Shown here in pieces: positions 17,963 through 27,452 of a stretch of 64,000 nucleotides of DNA (positions are counted from its first letter, which is position 1; each line of letters opens with the position of its first letter). The stretch comes from Dehalococcoidia bacterium (GTDB lineage: Bacteria; Chloroflexota; Dehalococcoidia; Plut-88900): contig CBDBLV010000003.1 of the NCBI GenBank assembly GCA_965207225.1, positions 256,001-320,000 on the forward strand. The letters run 5' to 3'. A program made the position numbers and the translations under genes. The notes under the pieces were generated by a model. It saw only the letters and a list, made by a program, of their open reading frames with translations. It was not told the DNA's origin and did no database searches.

Positions 17963-18274
17963 ATGGCCCCCTACCGATTCGAAAGAGAATGCCGCACGCC
18001 CCAGTCCGAGACCTATACGATAATCGACGACGAGAGCACGGCGGGTCGGATTGACCTGCATTTCGGCCCGAGCGTAGTCCACGGCACGCTGTGCGTGCTG
18101 GAAAACGTCACCCAGGACGGCATCCAGGAGCTGATAGACACCATAGATGAAGAGCTGGTGATGACGGCCGACGCCTCCCGCGGTGACTTCATAGTCGCGG
18201 TGTACCAGGGCCGGGAGGTCGGGGTGTTCAGCGACGAGGACTTTGACGAAGAAGAGGGCAGCGGGTCTCAGTAG
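17963..18274 (+). CDS. Small acidic hypothetical protein
   Basis: 103-aa ORF with AGAGG RBS directly after proA; coding-like codon usage. Confidence 0.75.
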   Translation: MAPYRFERECRTPQSETYTIIDDESTAGRIDLHFGPSVVHGTLCVLENVTQDGIQELIDTIDEELVMTADASRGDFIVAVYQGREVGVFSDEDFDEEEGSGSQ

Positions 18275-19395
18275 CTCAGGAAGAGCTTGCCCCAGCCCGT
18301 CTTCATCGCCTTCCTGATCCTGCCCTTGCCTATCAGGTTCATCCAGAAGACGTTGTGGTACAGGTTCGACGCGAGGTAGGCCCAGGGCACTAGCGGCGAC
18401 CGTAACAGCAGCTTTTCCAGGGGCTTCAGCGGACCCCAGTAGATCAGCTTCTGGCCCCGGCTGGCGAAGGTGTTCTCCGAGCCGCTGAACCCCCAGTTCA
18501 CCCCCGACAGGTCTTCCCCGGCAATCTCGATGTCTCTCGGGTCACCACAGCCGAGGCCCGCGTCGTGGGCGAGGCGGATGAACTTGATGGACATGGGGTC
18601 GAAGCCCATGAGCCTGGCGGCCACGGCATCTATGGCTACCTGGTCGGCGCTGGCGAGGAGAAGGTTCTTGACGTGCCAGCGCATGGCTCGGGGCCCGGGG
18701 CCGTCGCCGGCGAAGGTGCCGTCCATCATGGCGAAGATGCCGGGATGGATCTCTTTCTGGATGGCGAGGAGGTCGACGAGGGTCTCGTGGATGACGGAGT
18801 GGGTGTAGTGTCGCTTCCTGTTCAGCAGCCCCCCGAAGGCGTTTTTCATGGCGCCGGTCATCTTCGTAAAGACGTGGGTCTTCATGGTCGGGAGCTGGAC
18901 GATGTTCTTGCCTATGAAGGGCTCGGGGATCTGGATGCCGTCGGGGAAGATTTCGTCCAGGGCGAGCATTTTGGCCTTGGGCCGGTACTCGATCCAGCGG
19001 ACGGGGTCCTCTTCGAGGTGCATGTTGGGGAGGCTGTACTTGTCGGTGACGACCTTCTGCTTGTTGCGGACCTCGCCTTCCCGGGCGTCGACGACCACGG
19101 TTCCATTGTGCGCGGCAATGAGGTCGTTGTAGCCGTTGGCCTGAAGGGCTTTGACTGCGCCCTCGATTTGCCAGGGCGGGGTGGAGCAGGCGGGATAGTA
19201 GTACTGCCAGGAGATGTTTATCTTGAGGAGGGTGGGGAGGTCCCTGGGGAGATGGTCTTCCATCCCCGCCAACTCGGCGAGGCGAACGTAGTCGTCGAGG
19301 ACGGTGTCGGGGGAGGTGAAGACGGCGGCGACGGTGGACTTTTGCGTGGTCTGGGTGCCCGCGGGCATTGGTGTAGTCTTGGTTTCTATTGCCAT
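18268..19395 (-). CDS. DUF362 domain protein
   Basis: LLKINIS, LPTMKTH..TGAMKNAFG, GDGPGP, DQVAIDAVAA. Confidence 0.85.
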   Translation of the reverse strand: MAIETKTTPMPAGTQTTQKSTVAAVFTSPDTVLDDYVRLAELAGMEDHLPRDLPTLLKINISWQYYYPACSTPPWQIEGAVKALQANGYNDLIAAHNGTVVVDAREGEVRNKQKVVTDKYSLPNMHLEEDPVRWIEYRPKAKMLALDEIFPDGIQIPEPFIGKNIVQLPTMKTHVFTKMTGAMKNAFGGLLNRKRHYTHSVIHETLVDLLAIQKEIHPGIFAMMDGTFAGDGPGPRAMRWHVKNLLLASADQVAIDAVAARLMGFDPMSIKFIRLAHDAGLGCGDPRDIEIAGEDLSGVNWGFSGSENTFASRGQKLIYWGPLKPLEKLLLRSPLVPWAYLASNLYHNVFWMNLIGKGRIRKAMKTGWGKLFLSY

Positions 19396-19462
19396 GGGGG
19401 GATTATACGGCAGAGCGGCGAGGTGAGGATTGACGGTGAAGGGGCGCAGGCCCGACTAGTCT

Positions 19463-19684
19463 CTAAACAGTCTCGAACTGAAGGGCGGAAAGGTTGAGCT
19501 TTGATGAGCGCTTTGAGAGGTTTAGCATCTCGACACCCACTACATCCCTCGCCTCGTTGTAGTCGAGAACGACGCCCGCGGAGACTTCTTCGGATTCCAG
19601 AATCTGGGAGTCATCCAGGCGCAGGTATAGGGCGTCGGCTTCCTTATCGACGTATAGCTTCATAGCTTGTTTCTCAAAGGCCAT
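19463..19684 (-). CDS. DUF2283 domain small protein
   Basis: DKEADALYLRL...SEEV..GVVLDYN....VGVEML signature. Confidence 0.85.
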   Translation of the reverse strand: MAFEKQAMKLYVDKEADALYLRLDDSQILESEEVSAGVVLDYNEARDVVGVEMLNLSKRSSKLNLSALQFETV

Positions 19685-19749
19685 TTTACATCATCCTAGG
19701 TCTCGCCCTTGACCTTGGGGGGAGGTAGCCTATTAATATCTCCACCGTA

Positions 19750-21789
19750 ATGACCAAGATATACGACGTAATAGTGATAGGAGCGGGCCATGCGGGGTGT
19801 GAGGCGGCGCTGGCCGCGGCGCGGATGGGCTGCAACACCCTGGTCCTAACGATGAAGCTGGACCATATCGCCCTCATGCCGTGCAACCCGTCTATAGGTG
19901 GGCCTGCCAAGGGACACCTGGCCCGGGAGGTGGATGCGCTGGGTGGGGAGATGGGCCGGAACACGGACAAGACGTTCATCCAAATACGGATGTTGAATAC
20001 CGGCAAGGGGCCGGCGGTGCAGGCCCTTCGTGCCCAGTCGGACAAGGAGATGTATGCGCGGGAGATGCGGAGGACGCTGGAGGGGCAGGTTGGTTTGACG
20101 GTCAAGGAGGCGCTGGTTACAGGGATTGAAGTGAGGGGAGGGGAATGGTGTGGTGAAGTGGAAGGTGATGGGGCAAGTCCTAGATTCCTCGCGGGGCATC
20201 GGAATGACATCGCTGGTGGGCCTTTGAATGACAGTTTGGCTGGGAGTAGGTTGATCAGGTTGGAGGCGAAGTCGGGGGAGGGGTATGTGGGGAGGACGGT
20301 GGTCCTGACGACTGGAACGTCGCTGGCGGGCAAGATCATCATGGGAGAGCGGGCATACACGGGGGGTCGGGCGGGGGAGCCTGCAGCTTCGGAGATATCT
20401 GAATCGTTGAAGCAGTTGGGGTTTGTGTTGGGACGTCACAAGACGGGGACTCCGCCTCGGCTGGACGCCCGGACCATCGACTTCTCGAAGGCGAAAATCC
20501 AGCCCGGCAGCCCGACTCTGCTCCAATTCAGCTTCTGGGGCGCCAATGGCGATTCACTGCGCTTTCCTACGCCTAATCCGGTATATCCCAAACCCCCGGA
20601 GTCGGGGTGGAGGCCGCAGATGGCCTGCTACCTGGTTAGCACCAACCCCAGGACCCACGAACTCATCACTGCAAACCTGGACCGGGCGCCGATGTTCAAC
20701 GGTTCGATAGAGGGAGTCGGGCCACGGTACTGCCCGTCTATCGAGGACAAGGTGGTGCGCTTTGCCCACAAGGAATCGCATGGCCTATTCCTGGAACCCG
20801 AGGGTTGGCAGACCAACGAGGTCTACCTGCAAGGCGCCAATACCAGCCTTCCGGAGGACGTTCAGGAGGCGTTCGTGAGGTCGATAGACGGGCTTGAGCG
20901 CGCCGAGATTGTGAAGCACGGCTATGCCATCGAATACGACTTCGTGCTGACCGACCAGATCAACGCCACGATGGAGACGAAACTGGTCCCCAACCTGTTC
21001 CTGGCGGGGCAGGTGTGCGGGACATCGGGGTACGAGGAGGCGGCGGGTCAGGGGATAGTGGCAGGGATAAACGCCGCTCTGCGGGTCAAGGGTCGGGAGC
21101 CGATGGTTTTGCGTCGGGACCAAGCGTATTTGGGGGTGATGATCGATGACCTGGTGACCCGGGACCATTTCGAACCTTACAGGATGCTCACGTCTCGGGC
21201 CGAGCACCGGCTCCTGCTCCGGCAGGACAACGCCGACCTCCGGCTCGCCCCCATCGGCTACGAGGTAGGGCTGCTAAGCGAGGAGCAATACCAGACGGTG
21301 GAGGAGAAGCGCACCCGCGTGAACCGAGAGATGGAAAGACTGGGCGGGACATATCTCCCACAGGACGGAAGCATAGACCCTCACCTGGTCCGCATCGGGC
21401 TGACTCCCGTTCGGAAGGCAGTCACGGGTATGGAGTTCCTTCGCAGGCCGGAGGTCGGGTACCAGACGGCGGTAGAGCTAGGTCTTGGGGATGCGGGGCT
21501 GGGGGAGGAAGAGAGGGAGCAGGTGGAGATCGAGGCCAAGTACCAGGACTACATCGAACGGCAGGGCAGGGAGGTCGAGCGGATACGCAGGCTGGAGCAG
21601 AGGCCGGTACCGCAGGACGTAGACTACGGGGAGATCAAGGGCCTTTCCAACGAGGCCCGGGACAACCTGACCCGATTCGTCCCATTGACCGTAGGGCAAG
21701 CGTCTCGGGTGCCGGGGGTCAGGACGTCAGACGTGAGCCTGCTGCTGGTGCACCTGGAGCGGAGCCGGGAGAGGGTCAAAGCGATTTAG
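19750..21789 (+). CDS. mnmG: tRNA uridine-5-carboxymethylaminomethyl modification enzyme MnmG (GidA)
   Basis: VIGAGHAGCEAALAAARMG, MPCNPSIGG, KGPAV, KTGTPPR, GPRYCPSIEDK, GYEEAAGQG; carries a roughly 35-aa repeat-derived insertion. Confidence 0.98.
   Translation: MTKIYDVIVIGAGHAGCEAALAAARMGCNTLVLTMKLDHIALMPCNPSIGGPAKGHLAREVDALGGEMGRNTDKTFIQIRMLNTGKGPAVQALRAQSDKEMYAREMRRTLEGQVGLTVKEALVTGIEVRGGEWCGEVEGDGASPRFLAGHRNDIAGGPLNDSLAGSRLIRLEAKSGEGYVGRTVVLTTGTSLAGKIIMGERAYTGGRAGEPAASEISESLKQLGFVLGRHKTGTPPRLDARTIDFSKAKIQPGSPTLLQFSFWGANGDSLRFPTPNPVYPKPPESGWRPQMACYLVSTNPRTHELITANLDRAPMFNGSIEGVGPRYCPSIEDKVVRFAHKESHGLFLEPEGWQTNEVYLQGANTSLPEDVQEAFVRSIDGLERAEIVKHGYAIEYDFVLTDQINATMETKLVPNLFLAGQVCGTSGYEEAAGQGIVAGINAALRVKGREPMVLRRDQAYLGVMIDDLVTRDHFEPYRMLTSRAEHRLLLRQDNADLRLAPIGYEVGLLSEEQYQTVEEKRTRVNREMERLGGTYLPQDGSIDPHLVRIGLTPVRKAVTGMEFLRRPEVGYQTAVELGLGDAGLGEEEREQVEIEAKYQDYIERQGREVERIRRLEQRPVPQDVDYGEIKGLSNEARDNLTRFVPLTVGQASRVPGVRTSDVSLLLVHLERSRERVKAI
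20171..20209 (+). repeat. GATTCC...GGAATGAC palindromic repeat lying in frame within mnmG
   Basis: 36/39 identical to intergenic 463-501; 28/28 identical to intergenic 26518-26545. Confidence 0.9.
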
Positions 21790-21808
21790 GCGGTTTTGGG
21801 ACAAAGGT

Positions 21809-21849
21809 TGAGGGGGACCCGAGCGTGCTCGGGCCCCCCTCTCTTTTTC
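21809..21849. terminator. Terminator between convergent mnmG and SBP genes
   Basis: gagggggacccgagc-gt-gctcgggccccccTctc hairpin with a T-run on the + strand. Confidence 0.7.
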
Positions 21850-21866
21850 GGCTTGGCTAACCTAGG

Positions 21867-23192
21867 CTAGTTTTTGCCCTGTACTTCGAACCAGATTTCC
21901 GCCTGTGCGCCGCCGATTTCGCCATCCGCAGCCTCGTCCATGAGGATGGCGTAGGGTAGGTTGGCATCTGCGGTCGACAGGAAGGGCCTGTGCTGGTCGA
22001 ATTCCGGCGCAGCGAGGAAGGGCGCCGACTTCAGGTTGGTCGGGCCGTAGGGCTGGTAGAGGGCCTGGCTGGCCGCAATCTCCGGGTCCTGGGTCCAAGC
22101 AAAGAAGAGGTTAAGGAGCTCCCACTTTGTCGGGTCCTGTTCCTTGATGCCCCTGATGATCCACCAGTTGTCAGTGAGTACATCATGCCCACACTCCCAG
22201 CAGAGGCCGATGTTGTAACCGGCGTTTGCCTGGGCGTCGTAAGCGAAGCCGTTGTCGGTCTGGCAGATGTCAACTTCCCCGGAATTGAGGAAGATGATGC
22301 AGTCATTGCTGCCGGGGGTGAAGAGGTCGATGGTGGGGATGAACTGCTCCTCAACTATCTGCCAGGCGGTGTCCAACTGCTCGGGAGACATAGCCGACAG
22401 GGAGGCCCTGCCCTCTTCCGTGTCGAGCAGGCTGGGGTCGGTAGCCAGGTGGGCCCAGCGGACCATGTGCTTCCAGTTCCAGTCCTGGGGAATCATTCCC
22501 CGGAGGCCCGGGAACTTATCCCTGTCCAGGTAGTCGGCCCAGCTGGATGGCTGAGGCCCGCCGTCCGGGTAGGTGTCCTTGCTGTAGAGCAGGAGCATGG
22601 AGTAAGCGGAGCCGCCGCCTCCGATCCACGGGGCGTCACGGATGTGGGGGAAGAGATCACTCTTGTCGATGATGGACTCGTCTAGCTCTTCCAGCACGCC
22701 CTCGAGGCCCATGGTGACACCGGCCTGGCCGGAACCGTCAACAATATCCCAAGTCACGTTGCCGGTGTGGGCCATGGCCCGCACTTTCGCGTAGTCGGGA
22801 GGTCCGTCTTCGATGACGCTTATGCCGAACTTCTCCCGCAGGGGCTCGAAGAAGGCGAGTCTCTGCATCTCCTGGTAAGCACCACCCCAGGTGGCGAAGG
22901 AGAAGGTGGAGCCGCGGTGAGCTTCCAGGGCAGCCTCGATTTCCTCAAAGGTGGCGGGGTTGTCCACGGTCCACTCGCTAACCGGGCGTAGGCCCGTAGC
23001 CGGTTCCTCTTCCTCGGGCTCTTCCTCCATCATGGCCGTGGGGGTTGCCTCGGGCATCGCCTCCTCGGGCTCCGGAGTGGCGGTTGCGGACTCGCCACAA
23101 GCCGCAACTACGAGCAGAGCAACAAGGGTTAGCGATATAAGGCCGAATATCGCCCATCTCTTACTTTCAAATATCCGAAAAGAGAAATTCAT
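21867..23192 (-). CDS. Extracellular solute-binding lipoprotein (PotD-like), paralog 1
   Basis: LVVAAC lipobox, TWGGAYQ, YAKVRAM..TGNVTWDIVD, YGPTN; GGAGGAG RBS. Confidence 0.9.
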   Translation of the reverse strand: MNFSFRIFESKRWAIFGLISLTLVALLVVAACGESATATPEPEEAMPEATPTAMMEEEPEEEEPATGLRPVSEWTVDNPATFEEIEAALEAHRGSTFSFATWGGAYQEMQRLAFFEPLREKFGISVIEDGPPDYAKVRAMAHTGNVTWDIVDGSGQAGVTMGLEGVLEELDESIIDKSDLFPHIRDAPWIGGGGSAYSMLLLYSKDTYPDGGPQPSSWADYLDRDKFPGLRGMIPQDWNWKHMVRWAHLATDPSLLDTEEGRASLSAMSPEQLDTAWQIVEEQFIPTIDLFTPGSNDCIIFLNSGEVDICQTDNGFAYDAQANAGYNIGLCWECGHDVLTDNWWIIRGIKEQDPTKWELLNLFFAWTQDPEIAASQALYQPYGPTNLKSAPFLAAPEFDQHRPFLSTADANLPYAILMDEAADGEIGGAQAEIWFEVQGKN

Positions 23193-23338
23193 GGCAGTAC
23201 GTCTCCTCCCAATGCAATCCAATTAATCCAAAGCTGCTCCGAATAAAAATAAGCGCGAAGGGCCGTAAACGACTCTAACGCGCCTTGTTCAGTCCATCTA
23301 TCACCTCCCGAAATGGCGCCCAGCGTGGAAATAATCAG

Positions 23339-23373
23339 TGTGGGGTGTCGCCCGGATGGTCGACACCCCACAG
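23339..23373 (-). terminator. Hairpin between the tandem SBP genes (terminator or stabiliser)
   Basis: tgtggggtgtcg...cgacaccccaca inverted repeat. Confidence 0.55.
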
Positions 23374-23392
23374 ATTACTGACTTGGGTCTAT

Positions 23393-24712
23393 TTAGTTCT
23401 TGCCCTGCACTTCGAACCAGATTTCCGCCTGTGCCCCACCAATTTCCCCGTCAGCTGCTTCATCCATCAGGATGGCATAGGGGAGGTTGGCGTCGGCGGT
23501 GGGGAGGAAAGGCCGATGCTTGTCGTATTCCGGTCCTGTGAGGAATTCCGCCGACTTCAGGTTAGTGGGCCCGTAGGGCTGGTAAAGGGACTGAGTTGCG
23601 GCGACTTGGGGCGACTGAGACCAAGCGAAGAAGAGGTTCAAGAGCTCCCATTTCTGGGGGTCTTGCTCCTTAATGCCCCTGGGGATCCAGAAGTTGTCCG
23701 TCAGGACGTCGTGACCGCACTCCCAGCAGAGGCCGATGTTCTGGCCTTCGTTTGCCTGGGCGTTGTAAGCGATGCCTTGGTCAATCTGGCATATGTCGGC
23801 TTCGCCGGACTCGAGGAATACGACGCAGTCAAGTGTGCCGTTGCTGAGTATGTCTATGGCGGGAATGAACTGCTCCTCGACGATTTGCCAGGACTGGTCG
23901 AGCTGCTCTGGGCTCATGGCGGACAACGAGGCTCGACCTTCCTCGGTCTCGAGCAGTGAGGGATTGTTGGCAAGCTGGGCCCAGCGGACCATGTGCTTCC
24001 AGTTCCAGTCGTTGCCGTATATCTGCCGTCTGCCGGGGAACGTATCGGTGTCGATGAAATCGGCCCAACTGGAGGGCTGAGGGCCGCCATCCGGATATGT
24101 GTCCTTACTGTAGATGAGCATCATGGAGTAAGCGGACCCGCCCCCGCCGATCCACGGGGCATCCCTGATGTGGGGGAAGAGGTCGCTCTTGTCGACGATG
24201 GCCGGGTCGAGCTCTTCCAGTACGCCTTCAAGGCCCAAGGTGACGCCGGCCTGCCCAGAGCCATCGACGATGTCCCAGGTGACGTTGCCGGTCTCGGCCA
24301 TCGCCCTTACCTTGGCGTAGTCGGGCGGGCCGTCTTCAACTATGTTTACACCAAACTGCTCGGCGAAGGGGATCAGGAACGCCCGGCGCTGCATCTCCTG
24401 GTAAGCACCTCCCCAGGAAACGAAGGTGAAAGAGCCGCCCCGATGGGCCGCCAGGGCTGCTACCACTTCGTCGAGGGTGGCGGGGTTATCGACGGTCCAT
24501 TCGCTTAACGGCCTCAAAGCGGTAGACGGCTCATCGGGCTCTTCCTCCATCATTGCGGTGGGGGTTGCCTCTGGCATTGCCTCGTCGGGCTCGGGTGTCG
24601 CGGTAGCCGACTCGCCGCAGGCCGCAACCACGAGCAGAGCGACGAGGGCGATGGACAGAAGCCCGAACGCCAGCCATCGCTTGCTCTTAAATGTCATAGT
24701 CTTGAATTGCAT
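23393..24712 (-). CDS. Extracellular solute-binding lipoprotein (PotD-like), paralog 2
   Basis: Close paralog of 21867-23192 (identical C-terminus); AGGAGAG RBS before ATG 24712. Confidence 0.9.
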   Translation of the reverse strand: MQFKTMTFKSKRWLAFGLLSIALVALLVVAACGESATATPEPDEAMPEATPTAMMEEEPDEPSTALRPLSEWTVDNPATLDEVVAALAAHRGGSFTFVSWGGAYQEMQRRAFLIPFAEQFGVNIVEDGPPDYAKVRAMAETGNVTWDIVDGSGQAGVTLGLEGVLEELDPAIVDKSDLFPHIRDAPWIGGGGSAYSMMLIYSKDTYPDGGPQPSSWADFIDTDTFPGRRQIYGNDWNWKHMVRWAQLANNPSLLETEEGRASLSAMSPEQLDQSWQIVEEQFIPAIDILSNGTLDCVVFLESGEADICQIDQGIAYNAQANEGQNIGLCWECGHDVLTDNFWIPRGIKEQDPQKWELLNLFFAWSQSPQVAATQSLYQPYGPTNLKSAEFLTGPEYDKHRPFLPTADANLPYAILMDEAADGEIGGAQAEIWFEVQGKN

Positions 24713-24912
24713 ACTTAAAGCTCTCCTACAGTGTTGAGATTGGATTCGGAAAGGTGCCGCGCTTCCCCGCAGACAGTTCATCTGCTGCCGGGTCTATTCC
24801 ATAAGCTACCTCCCTAGGGAGCAGGCTCCGGAACAGTCGCGAGGATGGTCGAGAGTCGGGTCCGGGAATTGCCTTCCTACAACGACCAGTAATGGGGGGA
24901 CTATGGGTCGGC

Positions 24913-24941
24913 ATTATATGGGGCGGGGGATGGACAGTCAA
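24913..24941 (-). promoter_or_regulatory. Sigma70-type promoter for the SBP pair
   Basis: TTGACT-17bp-TATAAT on the - strand. Confidence 0.75.
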
Positions 24942-25059
24942 ACTGAGGCATTGAGTGGGATGGTGCGAAGGTCTCGGGGGACATGGGCCGCCCAACCATC
25001 CTGGAGGAGGACGACGGGGAGCGGTTTGCCGGAACAGGCATCATTGGCGGGCAATCGCT

Positions 25060-25232
25060 GGAGATCCCTCGCGGGGCCTCGGGATGACATATAAGGGTGG
25101 CGGTGGGATAGGACGGACGTTGAGGCAGTCTGGGGCATGAGCCTCCCCAGCTCGATCCTTCGATTGACCTCAGGATGAGAGGCCCCACCCACCACCCCAC
25201 CCCTGGATTCCCGACTGCTCGGGAATGACGGG
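25060..25232 (+). repeat. Cluster of REP-like palindromic repeats
   Basis: agatccctcgcggggcctcgggatgaca, gatccttcgattgacctcaggatgag and ggattcccgactgctcgggaatgacggg match families seen elsewhere in the window. Confidence 0.7.
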
Positions 25233-25245
25233 TGTGAGAGGAGAG

Positions 25246-26412
25246 TCAGGCCGAGAGTTGGTACAAATCCACGGCATTGAGGCCGAGGATGTTGGCCTGG
25301 GCATCGGGGGGGAGGGGGCCAAGGCTCTCGCGGAGGGCATCGACGGCACCGGTCATGCCTTCCGCGTGGGGGAAGTCGGCACCCCACATGAACTTGTTGG
25401 AGCCGAATCTTTCGACTACCAGGGGCGCAAGTTCTTCGTCGGGGTCCATGGAAGTCCATACCTGCCGCTTGAAATATTCGGTTGGGTACATCGACATTTC
25501 ACTGGTTCCGGGGAAAGCGTCGAGAATGCCATCCATCCTTTCGAACCAGTAGAGCATCCAAGCGCTGCCCGTCTCCAGGAGGACGACCTTCAAGCTAGGG
25601 AACCTATCGAATACCCGACCGGCGATCATGGTGCCGAAACCGAGGTGCACCGCAGGGGGCTCCTGGAGTATGAAATACCAGATATCATCGTCGGGGAGGG
25701 TTTCGAGGCTGGTGTTCGGGAAGTTGGGGTTGTAGAAGGGATACAGGCCGCCCACCACGTGCAAGGTGACGGGTATCTGAAGCTCTTCCAACGCGCCCCA
25801 GAAGGGGTCGAAGGCCGGGTCTCCGTAGGAGCGGCCATTAAGAGGAAAACCGCTTATCAGGGCGGCGGTAACTCCCATTCCCGCCATACGGTGCAATTCC
25901 CTGACTCCTTCGTCGATGTCGAGCAACGTGATATGCGCTATGGGTTTCAGGCGGTCGGGGTTGTCACTGCAGAAGTCGAAGACGTAGTTGTTGTATGCCC
26001 GGGCATAGGCACCCGCGACCTTGGGGTCTCGCACGTCGGTCTCCCAGTGAAGCCCGAGTGTCGGGTAGATGAATGATGTGTCGATGCCCTCCTCATCTAA
26101 TACCTGGACCCGGGGGCCGGGCTGATGGGAGGCGGGGACGTTGATCAGCCCCTGTTGGTATGTGACGGCACCGGGTTTGAGGTAGATATCCCGCTTCTCC
26201 TCGATGGACTTTCCTGCGGCCATGCGCCCGAATCGGCCTTCCCTGAGGAGGAGGTTGTGGGGCATCCTATCCTCGACGCTCATATACTCGAGGCCATGAT
26301 CGTCGACCTCGATGGAGAGGGCGAGGTGTCGGTACTCGGGGTCCAGGTATTCGGCCATTATGGGGAGGTTTTCCCAGATGTGGCTGTCGATGTCGATGAC
26401 GGGTCCCGGCAT
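25246..26412 (-). CDS. Amidohydrolase family protein (Amidohydro_2 type)
   Basis: IDIDSH, LDEEGID, AYN, DPFW, LHV, LETG, WGADFPH. Confidence 0.92.
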   Translation of the reverse strand: MPGPVIDIDSHIWENLPIMAEYLDPEYRHLALSIEVDDHGLEYMSVEDRMPHNLLLREGRFGRMAAGKSIEEKRDIYLKPGAVTYQQGLINVPASHQPGPRVQVLDEEGIDTSFIYPTLGLHWETDVRDPKVAGAYARAYNNYVFDFCSDNPDRLKPIAHITLLDIDEGVRELHRMAGMGVTAALISGFPLNGRSYGDPAFDPFWGALEELQIPVTLHVVGGLYPFYNPNFPNTSLETLPDDDIWYFILQEPPAVHLGFGTMIAGRVFDRFPSLKVVLLETGSAWMLYWFERMDGILDAFPGTSEMSMYPTEYFKRQVWTSMDPDEELAPLVVERFGSNKFMWGADFPHAEGMTGAVDALRESLGPLPPDAQANILGLNAVDLYQLSA

Positions 26413-26557
26413 GGGCTTGATCCTTCCCTCACATGGTATCGGCGTATGGGATTATGCTAGCGGGGTGGAGGGGTGGGGTCAAACGGTGTGCGTGGTAGGC
26501 GCGGGGGCCGACCCCCCAGATTCCTCGCGGGGCATCGGAATGACAGTACAAAGGGCG

Positions 26558-26929
26558 TTAGCCCGTTTCGAGGTCTACCTTGATGAGAGGGGCGCCGGAG
26601 ATCCGGGCCTCCAGCTGATCCAGGGTGCCCTGTTTAGTGCAGATGCGGCGGAGGATGTCACGCTTCTGCTCGACGCTAGTGATGGGGGTGGCGCGGGCGG
26701 GGAGGTCGGCGGTCGCGGTATCCTTGAGGTGAAAGGTCATGCGGGGGTCGGCGAGGACGTTGGCGTACCAGCCCCGGGACCCGGGGAGGCCGGTTATGTA
26801 GAGGACGCCGTCCAGGTTATGGAACCAGATTTCGACGCGTCGGGGCTGGCCGCTTTTGCGGCCGGTGGTCGTGATGTCAATGACGAGGTCTTTTTCGAGT
26901 GCTTCCTGGACTTTGGGATCTAGTGACAA
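26558..26929 (-). CDS. Deazaflavin (F420)-dependent nitroreductase family protein, copy 2
   Basis: ITTTGRKSGQPR, WYANVLADP; TTG start after AGGAG. Confidence 0.87.
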   Translation of the reverse strand: MSLDPKVQEALEKDLVIDITTTGRKSGQPRRVEIWFHNLDGVLYITGLPGSRGWYANVLADPRMTFHLKDTATADLPARATPITSVEQKRDILRRICTKQGTLDQLEARISGAPLIKVDLETG

Positions 26930-26939
26930 CGCGTTGCTC

Positions 26940-27314
26940 CTAGCAGTCTTCCAGGTCGACCCTGATGACGGGGGACTCGGCGATACGGACTTCCAGCATG
27001 TCCATCTGGTCCAGGTTGGCGCATATTCGCTCCAGGACCCTGCGTCTTTCCGCGGGGTCGGTGAGGGGGGTGGCATGGGCGGGGATGTCGGCCTGAGTGG
27101 TCTCCTTGAGGTGGAAGGTCATGCGGGGGTCGGCGAGGACGTTGGCGTACCAGGACCGGGACCCGGGGAGCACCAGTCCAACTATGTAGAGGTCGCCGTC
27201 CACGTTGTGGAACCATATCTCCCTGCGTCGGGGTTCGCCGGTCTTTCTGCCGGTGGTTGTGATGTCGATGACGAGGTCTTTTTCGAGGGCTTCCTGGACT
27301 TGGGGGTCGAGCAT
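26940..27314 (-). CDS. Deazaflavin (F420)-dependent nitroreductase family protein, copy 1
   Basis: ITTTGRKTGEPR, WYANVLADP; tandem paralog of 26558-26929. Confidence 0.87.
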   Translation of the reverse strand: MLDPQVQEALEKDLVIDITTTGRKTGEPRRREIWFHNVDGDLYIVGLVLPGSRSWYANVLADPRMTFHLKETTQADIPAHATPLTDPAERRRVLERICANLDQMDMLEVRIAESPVIRVDLEDC

Positions 27315-27452
27315 TATGGGCTTTCTCCGGTTGCAGCATTCAGTAAGAATCTAACAGGACGGGCCGCTGCTGTCATCCCTTCGGGAGGGTCCGGGGGCAT
27401 TTGACACTGTGAGAAAGGGACGCTTAACATCGGCGGAGGAGGAGTGATTTAC

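Noticed and set aside
22185-22205. CWECGH in the SBPs as a c-type heme motif
   Set aside because: The pattern is CxxCxH, not CxxCH.
26558-27076. 172-aa ORF as listed in the track
   Set aside because: The N-terminal part overlaps the upstream paralog; paralog alignment and RBS support a TTG start at 26929.
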